64,000 nucleotides of DNA from Patescibacteria group bacterium. Its GTDB lineage: Bacteria > Patescibacteriota > UBA1384 > XYA2-FULL-43-10 > 1-14-0-10-43-13. Made by a program: the position numbers and the translations under genes. The notes beneath the pieces were generated by a model. That model did not search any database. It had not been told where the DNA came from and was given only the letters and a program-made list of their open reading frames with translations. The DNA lies in contig JBAZNP010000001.1 in assembly GCA_041649155.1 (NCBI GenBank), forward strand, positions 673,183-737,182. The letters are read 5' to 3'. Shown in pieces: positions 1 through 10,013 of the stretch. Position 1 is the stretch's first letter. Each line of letters opens with the position of its first letter.

Positions 1-258
1 TTTGCTCTGATCTCGCCAACTTTGGACACGTTAAAAACTGGTGGCTACATTGCTGTTTTGCCGGTAGATCCAAATGGCGCCAGCGAATATAAATATAAAT
101 CAGATGGCAAGCAATATAAGGCTATCGCAACCACGCCGGAAAGCTTGGTTGGTGTGACTGATGATAATAAGGCGAAAGAAAAAGCAGATGAGTATTATGA
201 TCCCAATACCAAAACCCGTTTTCAGATTTCCTCAGATGGAACGGCAGCAGCGTGGTGA
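1..258 (+). CDS. 3' end of a gene continuing upstream of the window; possibly a pilin-like protein given the adjacent pilin cluster
   Basis: Frame is open from position 1 to the TGA at 256-258. No recognisable domain in the 85 visible residues. Confidence 0.3.
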   Translation, partial: FALISPTLDTLKTGGYIAVLPVDPNGASEYKYKSDGKQYKAIATTPESLVGVTDDNKAKEKADEYYDPNTKTRFQISSDGTAAAW

Positions 259-446
259 GTTGAAAGTGGAGAGTGGAAGGTGAAAAATATACAAATTATT
301 TTTTAAAAAAGATACAAGAGACAAGAAACAATGACCAAGCAATATTCAATAATCAAAGACCCAAACGTTTGAATATTTTGAATTTGGATATTTGAGGTTT
401 GTTTGTGATTTGTATCTTGTTGCTTGTTTCTTAAAAAAAGAATTTT

Positions 447-932
447 ATGCATAAAAAAGCATTTACATTGATTGAGCTTATGGTTACAGCTGCCATTATT
501 GTTGTTATGGCTGTGGTGGCTATTCCTGCTTTTAATAGTTATGGAGATAAAAACACCTTTAAATTACAGGTTACTGAAATACAATCATTGATAAATCAAA
601 CTAACGTTATGGCTAGAAATCCGGAGCAGGGAGTTACGAGGTATTTTATTAAAGTGAACTCCTCTGATATTTCATTGTATAAAACAAGCGAAAGTTCCGG
701 TAATTTAATAAAAAAAATAGCTGTCCCTGACACATACTCATTTACTTCCGTGTCCAGCGCATATCTTGTTTGTGACTCTCCTTCAAATTTTTGTTGTCCA
801 TTGACAGCGGTTGGTGCTTGTTCTTTGGCACCGACTTCCGGTACTGATTTTTTAACAGTAAGCGATACTAATTCAGGTGGTTCTGCAGTTATTGAGATTT
901 TTTCAAATCCATTCAAAGCGGAATTACAATGA
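447..932 (+). CDS. type IV pilin-like protein with prepilin N-terminal methylation motif
   Basis: N-terminus MHKKAFTLIELMVTAAIIVV: short basic leader, F at +1, E at +5, then a hydrophobic helix, as in class III signal peptides. Confidence 0.7.
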   Translation: MHKKAFTLIELMVTAAIIVVMAVVAIPAFNSYGDKNTFKLQVTEIQSLINQTNVMARNPEQGVTRYFIKVNSSDISLYKTSESSGNLIKKIAVPDTYSFTSVSSAYLVCDSPSNFCCPLTAVGACSLAPTSGTDFLTVSDTNSGGSAVIEIFSNPFKAELQ

Positions 933-1525
933 AAAAAGTGATTATAATGACTAAGAACGTAAATATTGAAAAATATAAACAGGGTTTTGGCATTTTGGAA
1001 GTGCTGGTTTCTGCTGTGATTATTATTACTATTTTGTCGGTACTTGTATTTATAGGGAGATCAGCTTTAGCTAACAGTCTATATGCTCAAGGGAAAGCAC
1101 AAGCTATATATATAGCTCAAGAAGGGATTGAGCAAGTGAGACAGGCTAGAGATACCAACTGGATTGATGGAGATAATACGACGCAATTTGATGATGTCGC
1201 TTGGAATACAGCTATTAACGATTTAGTGCAACCAACAGCAGGAACGGTCTATGCTCCTAACTATGCACTAAATAGATGGGGGTTAAAAGCCACTACAACC
1301 GGAAGTAGTGATACAAATATTTTGATCCTGGGCCAGACATACAGAAGAGAAGTAAGAATAAGCACATTGGGTTCCTCGACAATTATGGCTGGTTCTGGCA
1401 GTAACGATGTAAATAAAAGCACCCAAAGTTTTAAGGTAACTGTTAAGGTGATGTGGGATCTCAACGGTCAAACAAAAAATGTGGAAGTTAGTGAAATCTT
1501 AACTAACTGGCGACCAAATTTTTAG
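929..1525 (+). CDS. minor pilin/pseudopilin-like protein
   Basis: KQGFGILEVLVSAVIIITIL prepilin-type motif (G-F...E) near the N-terminus. Start overlaps the upstream stop (ATGA), suggesting translational coupling. Confidence 0.55.
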   Translation: MKKVIIMTKNVNIEKYKQGFGILEVLVSAVIIITILSVLVFIGRSALANSLYAQGKAQAIYIAQEGIEQVRQARDTNWIDGDNTTQFDDVAWNTAINDLVQPTAGTVYAPNYALNRWGLKATTTGSSDTNILILGQTYRREVRISTLGSSTIMAGSGSNDVNKSTQSFKVTVKVMWDLNGQTKNVEVSEILTNWRPNF

Positions 1526-1550
1526 AATCATGAATCAAGAATTATAAATT

Positions 1551-2291
1551 ATGGTAAATAAGAATTTAAAAACTAAAAGAGGGTTTACTTTACTCGAGAT
1601 TTTAATTGCTTCGGCTTTATTCGCTATGGTAATGCTTATGACAACTGGAACGATTGCTAGTAGTAGTTCTTATCAATCCAAACTAAAAACAATGCGGGAA
1701 ACAGGAGAAGAGACCCGAAGAATTGCGGATATGATGACTCAGGATATCAGGGAAGCAGATGGTGAAATGGTTGTCCAAGGGGGAACAGCTAGCGTGCCTG
1801 TTTTGAAATCATTTAGTACTGGGATTGCCTTACTGCAGTTTAATGAAAGTGTAACCAATTCCTTTTCTTTTTTTGCTTTTACGAATCCTGTTAATTTAAA
1901 TGCCGCGGATTCTTTTAGTAGAGCCGATGTATTGGTTTTGGCAAGTAAAGATAAATATAAGGTATATTTATTTTCAGAAAAATATGGCAAGGTTGACTAC
2001 AAAGAATTTGATAGGTTTGATAGTTCTGGAAATGTTAAAACATTAACATTTACTAATATGCAATCCATGAGTTTCGGCGCTGGTGAATGTCCTTTGTCTA
2101 CAAAGGTGGATTTAGAAGCTTATTTTGGAGGCTTCGCGCCAGAAAAAAATTCATTTTCTGCAAGTAAACAGCAGCCTTTCATTCAATTTAATATCAAAGC
2201 GAAAACTTTGGGTTACGCTACCAGCAATGTCTCATCCAGATATCAGACAGCAATTCAGTCTATGGTCACATCGCGTAATTATAATAAATAA
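1551..2291 (+). CDS. minor pilin/pseudopilin-like protein
   Basis: KRGFTLLEILIASALFAMVM prepilin N-terminal motif. Confidence 0.6.
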   Translation: MVNKNLKTKRGFTLLEILIASALFAMVMLMTTGTIASSSSYQSKLKTMRETGEETRRIADMMTQDIREADGEMVVQGGTASVPVLKSFSTGIALLQFNESVTNSFSFFAFTNPVNLNAADSFSRADVLVLASKDKYKVYLFSEKYGKVDYKEFDRFDSSGNVKTLTFTNMQSMSFGAGECPLSTKVDLEAYFGGFAPEKNSFSASKQQPFIQFNIKAKTLGYATSNVSSRYQTAIQSMVTSRNYNK

Positions 2292-2354
2292 ATCTTGCTC
2301 TCATTTAAATTTTTATATATGGTTAAATTGTTGGAGGATGAGATTATTTTCATT

Positions 2355-2423
2355 CGTCATTCCAGACTTGATCTGGAATCTATATAAATAGTAACTGGAT
2401 CCCGTATCAAGTACGGGATGACA
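2355..2423. repeat. palindromic mini-element E1 (GTCATTCC...GGGATGACA family)
   Basis: cgtcattccagacttgatctggaatc...ggatcccgtatcaagtacgggatgaca forms two stem-loops and shares termini with the other copies. Ends about 20 nt before the trpS ATG. Confidence 0.7.
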
Positions 2424-2443
2424 AAGATGTGGAATATAAAAAT

Positions 2444-3433
2444 ATGAAAAGAATTTTTTCAGGCATTCAGCCTTCAGGTATTATCCATTTAGGAAATTAT
2501 CTTGGTGCCATAAAACAATGGGTAGAACTTCAAAAAGATGTTGACGAAGCGATTTTTTGTGTTGTTGATCTTCACGCAATCACAATTCCACAAGATCCGA
2601 AAGAACTGCAAAAAAATATTCTTGCAACCGCTGCATTGTACCTTGCTTCAGGCATCGATCTAAACAAGTCAACAATTTTTGTTCAATCATCTAGGCCGGA
2701 ACATGCAGAACTTGCCTGGATTTTAAACTGCCAGGCCAAAATGGGGGAGTTGTACAGAATGACGCAGTTTAAGGAGAAGTCAGTTAAAGGTGATGCCGAT
2801 ATGTCTGGTGTTGGTCTTTTTGATTATCCTGTTTTGATGGCATCTGACATTTTACTTTATCAAACAAATTTAGTTCCGGTTGGCGAAGATCAGAAGCAAC
2901 ATGTCGAGTTAACTCGTGATTTAGCGCAAAGATTTAACAAAAATTTTGGAGAGACTTTTATAGTACCAGAGCCAATTATTAAAAAAGAAACAGCAAGAAT
3001 AATGGGACTTGATGATCCAACCAAAAAGATGAGCAAGTCTGCTTCTTCTCCCTACAATTATATTGCGATGACTGACAATGCTGATACAATCAGGCAGAAG
3101 ATAAAACGTGCGGTTACGGACTCAGGCTCGGAAATTAAATCAGGACAAGACAAGCCTGCTATTACAAATCTCCTCGCTATTTATTCAGAAGTTACGGGTA
3201 AAGTGGTGGGGGAAATTGAGAAAGAATTTAATGGCAAAGGTTATGGTGAATTTAAAAATGCGCTTGCCGAAGCAGTTGTCGAATACTTGAAACCAATTCA
3301 AACTAAATATAATGAAATTATTCGTGACGAAAAATCGCTTAGAGATATTTTAAAAAAGGGAAGTGAAAAAATTGCACCTCTAGCTCAAAAAACTATTGCT
3401 GAAGTCAAAGAAAAAGTTGGACTGGGACTATGA
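2444..3433 (+). CDS. trpS: tryptophanyl-tRNA synthetase
   Basis: MKRIFSGIQPSGIIHLGNYLG class I HIGH-type motif typical of TrpRS, and KMSKS present. Start chosen at the ATG matching the TrpRS N-terminus; the ORF-track start is an upstream GTG. Confidence 0.9.
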   Translation: MKRIFSGIQPSGIIHLGNYLGAIKQWVELQKDVDEAIFCVVDLHAITIPQDPKELQKNILATAALYLASGIDLNKSTIFVQSSRPEHAELAWILNCQAKMGELYRMTQFKEKSVKGDADMSGVGLFDYPVLMASDILLYQTNLVPVGEDQKQHVELTRDLAQRFNKNFGETFIVPEPIIKKETARIMGLDDPTKKMSKSASSPYNYIAMTDNADTIRQKIKRAVTDSGSEIKSGQDKPAITNLLAIYSEVTGKVVGEIEKEFNGKGYGEFKNALAEAVVEYLKPIQTKYNEIIRDEKSLRDILKKGSEKIAPLAQKTIAEVKEKVGLGL

Positions 3434-3873
3434 AACAAATTTTTATCAATACAGACGGAGGGTCCAGAGGAAACCCTGGGCCGGCGGCAATAGGGATTGT
3501 TTTCTCTGATTCGGAAGGAAAATTAATTCATAACCATAAAGAATGTATTGGCAAGGCTACCAACAATGAAGCTGAGTATGGAGCAATAATCAAGGGTCTG
3601 GAGATATTAGTTAAAAGCAAATGGTTTTTGGAGAATAACACTCCCGAAAGCAAAGTTATTTGTCGGTTGGACAGCAAATTGGTGGTTGAACAAATCAACG
3701 GCAATTTTAAAATAAAACAACCTCATATTCAGAGATTCATTAATCAAATTAAAACTATTTTGAGTGATTTTCATTTAAATATACAATTTATTCATATCCC
3801 GAGAGAAGAAAATAAGGAAGCTGATAAATTGGTGAATGAAGCGTTGGATGAAAAGGTGGAGAGTAGAAAGTAG
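3430..3873 (+). CDS. rnhA: ribonuclease HI
   Basis: INTDGGSRGNPGPAAIGIV...NNEAEYGAIIKGLE catalytic motifs of RNase H. Start overlaps the trpS stop (ATGA). Confidence 0.85.
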   Translation: MKQIFINTDGGSRGNPGPAAIGIVFSDSEGKLIHNHKECIGKATNNEAEYGAIIKGLEILVKSKWFLENNTPESKVICRLDSKLVVEQINGNFKIKQPHIQRFINQIKTILSDFHLNIQFIHIPREENKEADKLVNEALDEKVESRK

Positions 3874-3893
3874 AGAATGGAAAGTTCTTTTTG

Positions 3894-3974
3894 CGTCATT
3901 CCGGACTGTGGCTTGAGATCCGGAATCTATACAATAGTCGTGCTTCTGGATCCCAGATCAAGTCTGGGATGACA
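3894..3974. repeat. palindromic mini-element E2
   Basis: cgtcattccggactgtggcttgagatccggaatc...ggatcccagatcaagtctgggatgacag. Lies 14 nt upstream of the next ATG. Confidence 0.7.
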
Positions 3975-3987
3975 GACTGTCAACATT

Positions 3988-4245
3988 ATGAAAAAAATTT
4001 CAGTAAAAGTTATTCCTGGAGCTAAAGTTGAGCAAATCCAAACAGTCCTTCCCCTATCATCCTCGGACTTGACCCGAGGATCTATGGAACATTCAAAAGT
4101 TTGGGTCAAGGGTAAACCTGTTGATGGAGAGGCTAATAAATGTGTAATAGAATTGCTTTCAAAACATTTCAGTGTTCCTAAAAGCAGTATTTTTATAGTA
4201 AGAGGGTTGACGTCGAGAAATAAGATAATACAAATTGAGAACTAA
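3988..4245 (+). CDS. DUF167/YggU-family protein
   Basis: KVIPGAKVE...[40 protein letters not shown] matches the conserved DUF167 core. Carries an in-frame half-element at 4058-4082. Confidence 0.55.
   Translation: MKKISVKVIPGAKVEQIQTVLPLSSSDLTRGSMEHSKVWVKGKPVDGEANKCVIELLSKHFSVPKSSIFIVRGLTSRNKIIQIEN
4058..4082. repeat. half palindromic element inside the DUF167 CDS
   Basis: atcctcggacttgacccgaggatc repeats the hairpin arm seen in E3 (ggatcctcggatcaagtccgaggatgac). It is in frame, encoding SSSDLTRGS. Confidence 0.5.
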
Positions 4246-4264
4246 ACTATATTTATGGAGGGGT

Positions 4265-4843
4265 ATGAACGAAAGAAAAAGGAGTTGTAATCTTGAGCGA
4301 AATCGAAAAGGGTTTACACTTATAGAATTGCTGGTTGTAATCACGATTATTGGTATCCTGGCAACTGTTATTATTATTAATGTGTCTAAGGCTCGGGCAA
4401 AGGCTTCAGACGCACGAAGAAAGAGCGATATTTCACAGATAGCTAAAGCAATAAAAATGTTTTATACAGAGAAAGGTGAATATCCACATAATCCCAGCCA
4501 GGATACTGTACATCTTGGTAGAGATAATTCTGCAAGTGCTTCTTCTAACTGGGGGTGGCTTGGTGGTGATAATTATCTTAAGCCATATCTCAATATTTTG
4601 CCTACAGACCCGATAAATAAGTCCTCGCCACCACCACAACATATTTATTATTATAATGCTAGAGATACAAAGAACACCACACTACTAGGGGGTCCATATA
4701 ATTGGTTCTCTATTTATGCTACTAGTTTAGAGAATACCGGCGACAGCCAAACTTGTAGTGGAGGAAATCGATTTACTGTAGGCTACAGTCAGCCTTGTGC
4801 CTCAAATTATAGCAACGGATTTGGCATTAGTAGCGATAAATAA
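4265..4843 (+). CDS. type IV pilin/pseudopilin (PulG/PilA-like)
   Basis: RKGFTLIELLVVITIIGILATVIIINVSKARAKASDARRKSDISQIAKA: canonical prepilin cleavage and methylation motif followed by a PulG-like helix. RBS ggagggg precedes the ATG at 4265. Confidence 0.8.
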   Translation: MNERKRSCNLERNRKGFTLIELLVVITIIGILATVIIINVSKARAKASDARRKSDISQIAKAIKMFYTEKGEYPHNPSQDTVHLGRDNSASASSNWGWLGGDNYLKPYLNILPTDPINKSSPPPQHIYYYNARDTKNTTLLGGPYNWFSIYATSLENTGDSQTCSGGNRFTVGYSQPCASNYSNGFGISSDK

Positions 4844-5147
4844 AACCTCCTTATTGAAAAAAACGTAATCATACTGTATTCTAATGCCTAGAAGCGTTTA
4901 TTAGTCTGAAATCAACAGACAAGTATCACTATGTGAATACGCTAAGGGAAGAAAGCGATTTTTCGTGATTAGAACCCTTCGGCTGGCAATCGTAATTGCT
5001 AAAATCAAGCATTTTTTTGGCTGGTACCTCACTTTTGTTAGAATTATGAAGTTAGAATTATGAATTATGGTTCATAATTCAATATTTTCATTATTCAAAT
5101 CATGGTGGCCTTAAGTTATAATATAACGAGAGGCTTTTTTTATAATC

Positions 5148-5217
5148 CGTCATTCCAGACTTGATCTGGAATCTATATAAAATAATTGGATCCTCGGATC
5201 AAGTCCGAGGATGACAC
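5148..5217. repeat. palindromic mini-element E3
   Basis: cgtcattccagacttgatctggaatc...ggatcctcggatcaagtccgaggatgacac. Lies 19 nt upstream of the ileS ATG. Confidence 0.7.
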
Positions 5218-5235
5218 AACACAAAAGGATGTATT

Positions 5236-8124
5236 ATGTTTAAAAAAATTGACCCTAAATTAAATTTACCGCTTGAGGAAGAAAAAGTTTTAAAGTTTTG
5301 GCGCGAAAATGACATTTTTAAAGAAACACTCAGGAAAGAAAGTCCAAAAGGTAATTTTGTTTTCTATGAAGGTCCTCCCACTGCAAATGGTCAGCCTGGC
5401 ATTCATCATGTAGAGGCACGTTCATTTAAAGACCTGTTTTGTCGTTACAAAACAATGCAGGGTTATCATGTTGAGAGAAAAGCAGGTTGGGATACTCATG
5501 GTCTTCCAGTGGAACTTCAGGTTGAAAAAGAGCTAGGTATTTCAGGCAAGTCGCAAATCGAAGATATCGTTTCCGGAGACAAAATAAAGTCAATTGAAAA
5601 ATTTAACGACTTATGCAAGCAATCAGTCTGGAAATACAAGGAAGAATGGGAAAAAATGACCGAGCGAATGGCATATTGGGTCGACATGGATGATCCATAT
5701 GTTACATATGAGCCAAAATACATTGAAAGCGTTTGGAATATCATCTCTGAGATTGATAAAAAAGGACTTTTATATAAAGGACATAAAGTAGTGCCTTACT
5801 GCCCTCGTTGCGGCACTGCTCTTTCATCTCATGAAGTAGCGCAGGGATATAAAAAAGTGACCGAAGAATCAGTTTACGTTAAAGTAAAATCCATGAAAGA
5901 TGAGGTTTGTTTCTTGGTCTGGACAACAACGCCTTGGACCTTGGCGGGAAATGCTGCGTTAGCTTTTAATTCAAACATTAAGTACGTTGTGGCCAAGAAA
6001 GACGGACAAAAACTTATTTTGGCAAAAAACAGGCTTTCAGATGTGTTAAAAGGTAATGATTATGAAGTTATTGAAGAATTAACAGGCAATGAATTAGTTG
6101 AGAAATATTCTACAAAAGAACTTGATTATGAACCAATTTATCCTGATGGTGAAAAATATTCCGAAGCAGGGGATAGAGCTTATAAATTAATTATAGCTGA
6201 CTATGTTTCTGATGCAGATGGCACTGGTATAGTCCATATCGCGCCAGCTTTTGGCGAAGATGACTATACATTCGGTTTTCAAAAAAATGGCATAAAAGTC
6301 TTGAAAACGGTTGACGAAAAAGGAATGGAGTTAGCCGGTGCCGGTGCTGGAAAGTTCGTAAAAAAGGCTGATTCTGATATAAAAATTGATCTGGAAGAGC
6401 GAAATATTTTATTTAAAAAAGAAGATGTCACTCACGATTATCCGTTTTGTTGGAGATGTGAGTCACCATTGCTATATTTTGCCAAAGACTCATGGTACAT
6501 TGCCATGAGCAAGGTGCGGGAAGATTTATTGAAAAACAATGAAGGAATCAATTGGAACCCCGCATATTTAAAACAGGGACGTTTTGGTAATTGGCTCAAA
6601 GAAATCAAAGATTGGGCCATTTCACGTGATCGTTACTGGGGAACTCCGCTTCCGATTTGGGAATGCGAGAAATGCAATAAATACAAAGTCGTTTCTACAT
6701 TAAAAGAAGTTGGCGATATTGATCCACATAAACCTTTTATCGATGAAGTGGAATTTGATTGCGAATGTGGCGGTAAAATGAAAAGAACATCGGAGGTAAT
6801 GGATGTCTGGCTCGATTCTGGAACTATGCCATTTTCGCAATATCACTGGCCATTTGAAAACAAAGAAACATTTGAAAAACAATTTCCAGCTGAGTTTATT
6901 TGTGAAGCTGTTGATCAAACACGAGGCTGGTTCTATACAATGCTTGCGGTTTCAACATTAATTAAAAACGAAACTCCTTATAAAAATGTTATTTCGGTCG
7001 GTCATGTTTTAGATGAAAAAGGCAAGAAAATGTCTAAGTCATTGGGAAACATTGTTAAACCTGAAGAAGCATTTCAAAAATTTGGTGCCGATGTTGTTCG
7101 CTATTATTTTTATGCGGTTAATCAGCCGGGTGAACCAAAACTATTTTCTGAAAAAGAGGTGGTTTCGTTGTCAAGAAATCTGTTTTTAACTCTATGGAAT
7201 GTTTTTTCTTTCTTTATGACCTATGCTTCAATCGATGATTTTAAACCAACAGGAAAAGTAAAAATTGATAATATTTTAGACAAGTGGATAATGGCCAAAT
7301 ATCAAAAACTTGTAAATGACGTCACAAAGTCGTTGGATCAATACGATCCATATCATGCAAGCAACTCTTTGATTGAATTTACAACGGAGCTTTCAACTTG
7401 GTATGTTCGTCGTTCTCGCAGAAGATTTTGGAAAAGCGAAAATGACTCTGACAAATTATCCGCATATGAAACTCTCTATCAAGTTTTGAATGGGATGACC
7501 AAACTTCTGTCTCCATTTGCACCAATGTTTGCAGATTTGTTGCACAGTCATTTAAAATCTAATTCAGATCCAATTTCTGTTCATTTGACAGAATATCCGG
7601 AAGTTTCAGAGCATGACAAAAAGGTTATTTTAGATATGGAACGTGCAAGAAAAATAGTCGAAGCCGGATTATCTGCTAGAGCTGAAGCAAAAATTAAAGT
7701 TCGTCAGCCTTTGCAATCCATTGGCTACTACGGAGAAAAATTAAGTCCTGATCTAGAAGAGATACTAGCAGATGAAATAAATGTTAAGGAAGTAAAAAAT
7801 CTTACAGAAAAATCAGAAAATGTTGTTAAACTTGATTTAAATATTACACCAGAATTAGAGAGAGAGGGTCAGGCCAGAGAGTTGGTGCGAAATATTCAGT
7901 CTTTGCGAAAAAAATCAGGTTTTGAAGTTGAGGACAGAATTGAACTATATTTTCAAACAGAATCTACTGTGCTTATTGAAATGATGAAAAAAATGCAAGA
8001 AATAATTGCAAAAGAGATTTTGGCGGAGAAAATTGAGAATATAAAAGCAGAAACTGAGGGCGAAGAAGAATTCTCTATTAGCGGCGAAAAAATCTGGATT
8101 GGTGTTTCAAGGGTAAAAAAGTAA
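5236..8124 (+). CDS. ileS: isoleucyl-tRNA synthetase
   Basis: 962 aa. PPTANGQPGIHHVEARSFKD (HIGH-region), KMSKSLGN, and the editing-domain region WTTTPWTL. Confidence 0.95.
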   Translation: MFKKIDPKLNLPLEEEKVLKFWRENDIFKETLRKESPKGNFVFYEGPPTANGQPGIHHVEARSFKDLFCRYKTMQGYHVERKAGWDTHGLPVELQVEKELGISGKSQIEDIVSGDKIKSIEKFNDLCKQSVWKYKEEWEKMTERMAYWVDMDDPYVTYEPKYIESVWNIISEIDKKGLLYKGHKVVPYCPRCGTALSSHEVAQGYKKVTEESVYVKVKSMKDEVCFLVWTTTPWTLAGNAALAFNSNIKYVVAKKDGQKLILAKNRLSDVLKGNDYEVIEELTGNELVEKYSTKELDYEPIYPDGEKYSEAGDRAYKLIIADYVSDADGTGIVHIAPAFGEDDYTFGFQKNGIKVLKTVDEKGMELAGAGAGKFVKKADSDIKIDLEERNILFKKEDVTHDYPFCWRCESPLLYFAKDSWYIAMSKVREDLLKNNEGINWNPAYLKQGRFGNWLKEIKDWAISRDRYWGTPLPIWECEKCNKYKVVSTLKEVGDIDPHKPFIDEVEFDCECGGKMKRTSEVMDVWLDSGTMPFSQYHWPFENKETFEKQFPAEFICEAVDQTRGWFYTMLAVSTLIKNETPYKNVISVGHVLDEKGKKMSKSLGNIVKPEEAFQKFGADVVRYYFYAVNQPGEPKLFSEKEVVSLSRNLFLTLWNVFSFFMTYASIDDFKPTGKVKIDNILDKWIMAKYQKLVNDVTKSLDQYDPYHASNSLIEFTTELSTWYVRRSRRRFWKSENDSDKLSAYETLYQVLNGMTKLLSPFAPMFADLLHSHLKSNSDPISVHLTEYPEVSEHDKKVILDMERARKIVEAGLSARAEAKIKVRQPLQSIGYYGEKLSPDLEEILADEINVKEVKNLTEKSENVVKLDLNITPELEREGQARELVRNIQSLRKKSGFEVEDRIELYFQTESTVLIEMMKKMQEIIAKEILAEKIENIKAETEGEEEFSISGEKIWIGVSRVKK

Positions 8125-8234
8125 TAAAATATGTTCATTCATTGGTCACTGCGAAAAGCGAAGAGATGAGGTAATCTGTAAGAGCATTAGATCGCCACGT
8201 CTCGCTTACGCTCGACTCGTGATAACTATCAAAT

Positions 8235-9350
8235 ATGTCAATAAAAATTAAAACTTTTGATATAGTTTTGCCAGTTATTCCCATAATGATCTTGGCCATC
8301 AGTACAGCTGTAATATACAGTTTGGTTTTTAATACTGCAGATTCTTATCTGGTCTTTCGGCAGGGCTTGTTTATATTGGTCGGAATTGCGCTAATGGCGA
8401 TCGTCTCATTTATCGATTACAGGATGTTTCGGGGGATTAACTGGATACTCTACATTATAGGAATTTTGTTGTTATTATACGTCGATTTTTTTGGGAAAGC
8501 AGCTGGTGGGGCAATGCGATGGATCAATCTAGGTTTTTTTCAACTTCAACCGTCTGAATTGGCAAAGATTTTTTTAATTTTTTCTTTTTCCGCTTTTTTT
8601 TCCAAAAAAATAGGTAAATTACAATGGCGTGATATATGCATTTCAGTATTAATATTGCTTCCGCCGCTTTTCTTAGTTCTTAAAGAGCCTGATTTAGGCA
8701 CAGCCCTTGTCTTGTGTTTCATTTATGTAATAATTCTTTTTCTCTCTAAGCCGACAAAAACTCAATCGTTGGTTATTTCAATGCTTTTAATTATTCTTGC
8801 AGGGTCTTTGTTACTATCAACTTTTAAAGTCAAGCCATTTGATAAATTAATGCATGATTATCAAAGAAATCGGATTTTAACCTTTATCGATCCAAGTTTG
8901 GATCCGTATGGCAATGGATACAACGTCAGACAGGCTCAAATTACCATTGGATCCGGAGGATTATCAGGTAAAGGATTGGGCCGAGGTTCTCAAAGCCAAC
9001 TCCGTTTTTTGCCTGAGCCATATACTGATTTTATTTTTTCTGGTATCGCAGAATCATTCGGATTTTTTGGAAGTTTTGTACTTGTTAGCTTGTATGCTCT
9101 TCTTATAATTAAGATAATAAATATTGGTAATTTAGCGAGAGATAATTTTGGAATGCTCATATGTATCGGTACGTCTGCTATGTTTTTGTTTCAGATTTTA
9201 GTGAATATAGGCATGAATTTAGGACTTGCTCCAGTTACGGGAATTCCACTTCCTTTCGCGAGTTGCGGCGGTACTTCGCTGGTTGTCTATTTATTTTTGA
9301 TCGGTCTGGTTCAGAGTGTGTTCATTCGGCATAAAAAAATATCATTTTAA
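8235..9350 (+). CDS. SEDS-family cell-wall polymerase (FtsW/RodA)
   Basis: Multi-TM protein with AMRWINLGFFQLQPSELAKI and the C-terminal GGTSLVVYL motifs typical of FtsW/RodA. Confidence 0.85.
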   Translation: MSIKIKTFDIVLPVIPIMILAISTAVIYSLVFNTADSYLVFRQGLFILVGIALMAIVSFIDYRMFRGINWILYIIGILLLLYVDFFGKAAGGAMRWINLGFFQLQPSELAKIFLIFSFSAFFSKKIGKLQWRDICISVLILLPPLFLVLKEPDLGTALVLCFIYVIILFLSKPTKTQSLVISMLLIILAGSLLLSTFKVKPFDKLMHDYQRNRILTFIDPSLDPYGNGYNVRQAQITIGSGGLSGKGLGRGSQSQLRFLPEPYTDFIFSGIAESFGFFGSFVLVSLYALLIIKIINIGNLARDNFGMLICIGTSAMFLFQILVNIGMNLGLAPVTGIPLPFASCGGTSLVVYLFLIGLVQSVFIRHKKISF

Positions 9351-9495
9351 GCAACAGATAGATATAAACAGAAAGACGCTATTGACTTTTTTGAGAATAT
9401 TATGTTAAATTATAAACAGTAAGGCCGTCGGTCTTTTTTAGATTTACTTAGGTTAATGGTTATTGAACGATAATGAATTTAAGGTTAAGGAGATT

Positions 9496-9825
9496 ATGTT
9501 TGCAGTAATTTCTCACAAAGGAAATCAGTATAAAGTGGCTCTTAACAAAGAGTACAAAATAGACTTAACTGATGAATTGGGCGAAGATCAAAAGAAAATT
9601 GTTTTTTCTGATGTTTTGTTGATCAACGATGGTAAAAAGAATGTTGTCGGCACACCTGTTATTAAAGATGCTAAGGTGGAGGCTGATTTCGTAAAAAACA
9701 TTTCAGACGAAAAAGCTTTGGTTTTTAAGTTCAAGGCCAAGAAAAGATATAAAAGGACTCAAGGGCATAGACAGTCATATAGTGTTATAAAAGTGACTAA
9801 TATCTCATTGAAAAATGAAAAATAA
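9496..9825 (+). CDS. rplU: 50S ribosomal protein L21
   Basis: MFAVISHKGNQYKV...KRYKRTQGHRQSY matches the bL21 signature (GHRQ). RBS aaggag lies before the ATG at 9496. Confidence 0.8.
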   Translation: MFAVISHKGNQYKVALNKEYKIDLTDELGEDQKKIVFSDVLLINDGKKNVVGTPVIKDAKVEADFVKNISDEKALVFKFKAKKRYKRTQGHRQSYSVIKVTNISLKNEK

Positions 9826-10012
9826 TATAATAATAAATTACTTTGTTAGTTCATGGGCCGAATTGAAAAAAGTTACCTGGCCTACTAAAAAAGAAGTTTT
9901 AAACCATACCGTAATTGTTGTTGTTTCCGCTACTTTGGCGATTGGAATAACCGGAGCGGTGGACTATGGGCTTACTTATTTAGTTCAATATCTTGTTCAA
10001 ATAAAGGGATAA
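9815..10012 (+). CDS. secE: preprotein translocase subunit SecE
   Basis: ELKKVTWPTKKEVLNHTVIVVVSATLAIGI: classic SecE motif plus a single TM helix. Confidence 0.8.
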   Translation: MKNNIIINYFVSSWAELKKVTWPTKKEVLNHTVIVVVSATLAIGITGAVDYGLTYLVQYLVQIKG

Positions 10013-10013
10013 T

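Noticed and set aside
596-916. 106-aa minus-strand ORF
   Set aside because: Fully antisense to a prepilin gene that has a clear N-terminal motif; likely spurious.
2125-2391. 88-aa ORF upstream of trpS
   Set aside because: Runs through palindromic element E1 and AT-rich intergenic sequence. No RBS and no recognisable motif.
4860-5147. T-box leader upstream of ileS
   Set aside because: No AGGGTGGNACCGCG-type T-box sequence or specifier-loop architecture recognisable; only a tandem gaattatga repeat and element E3.
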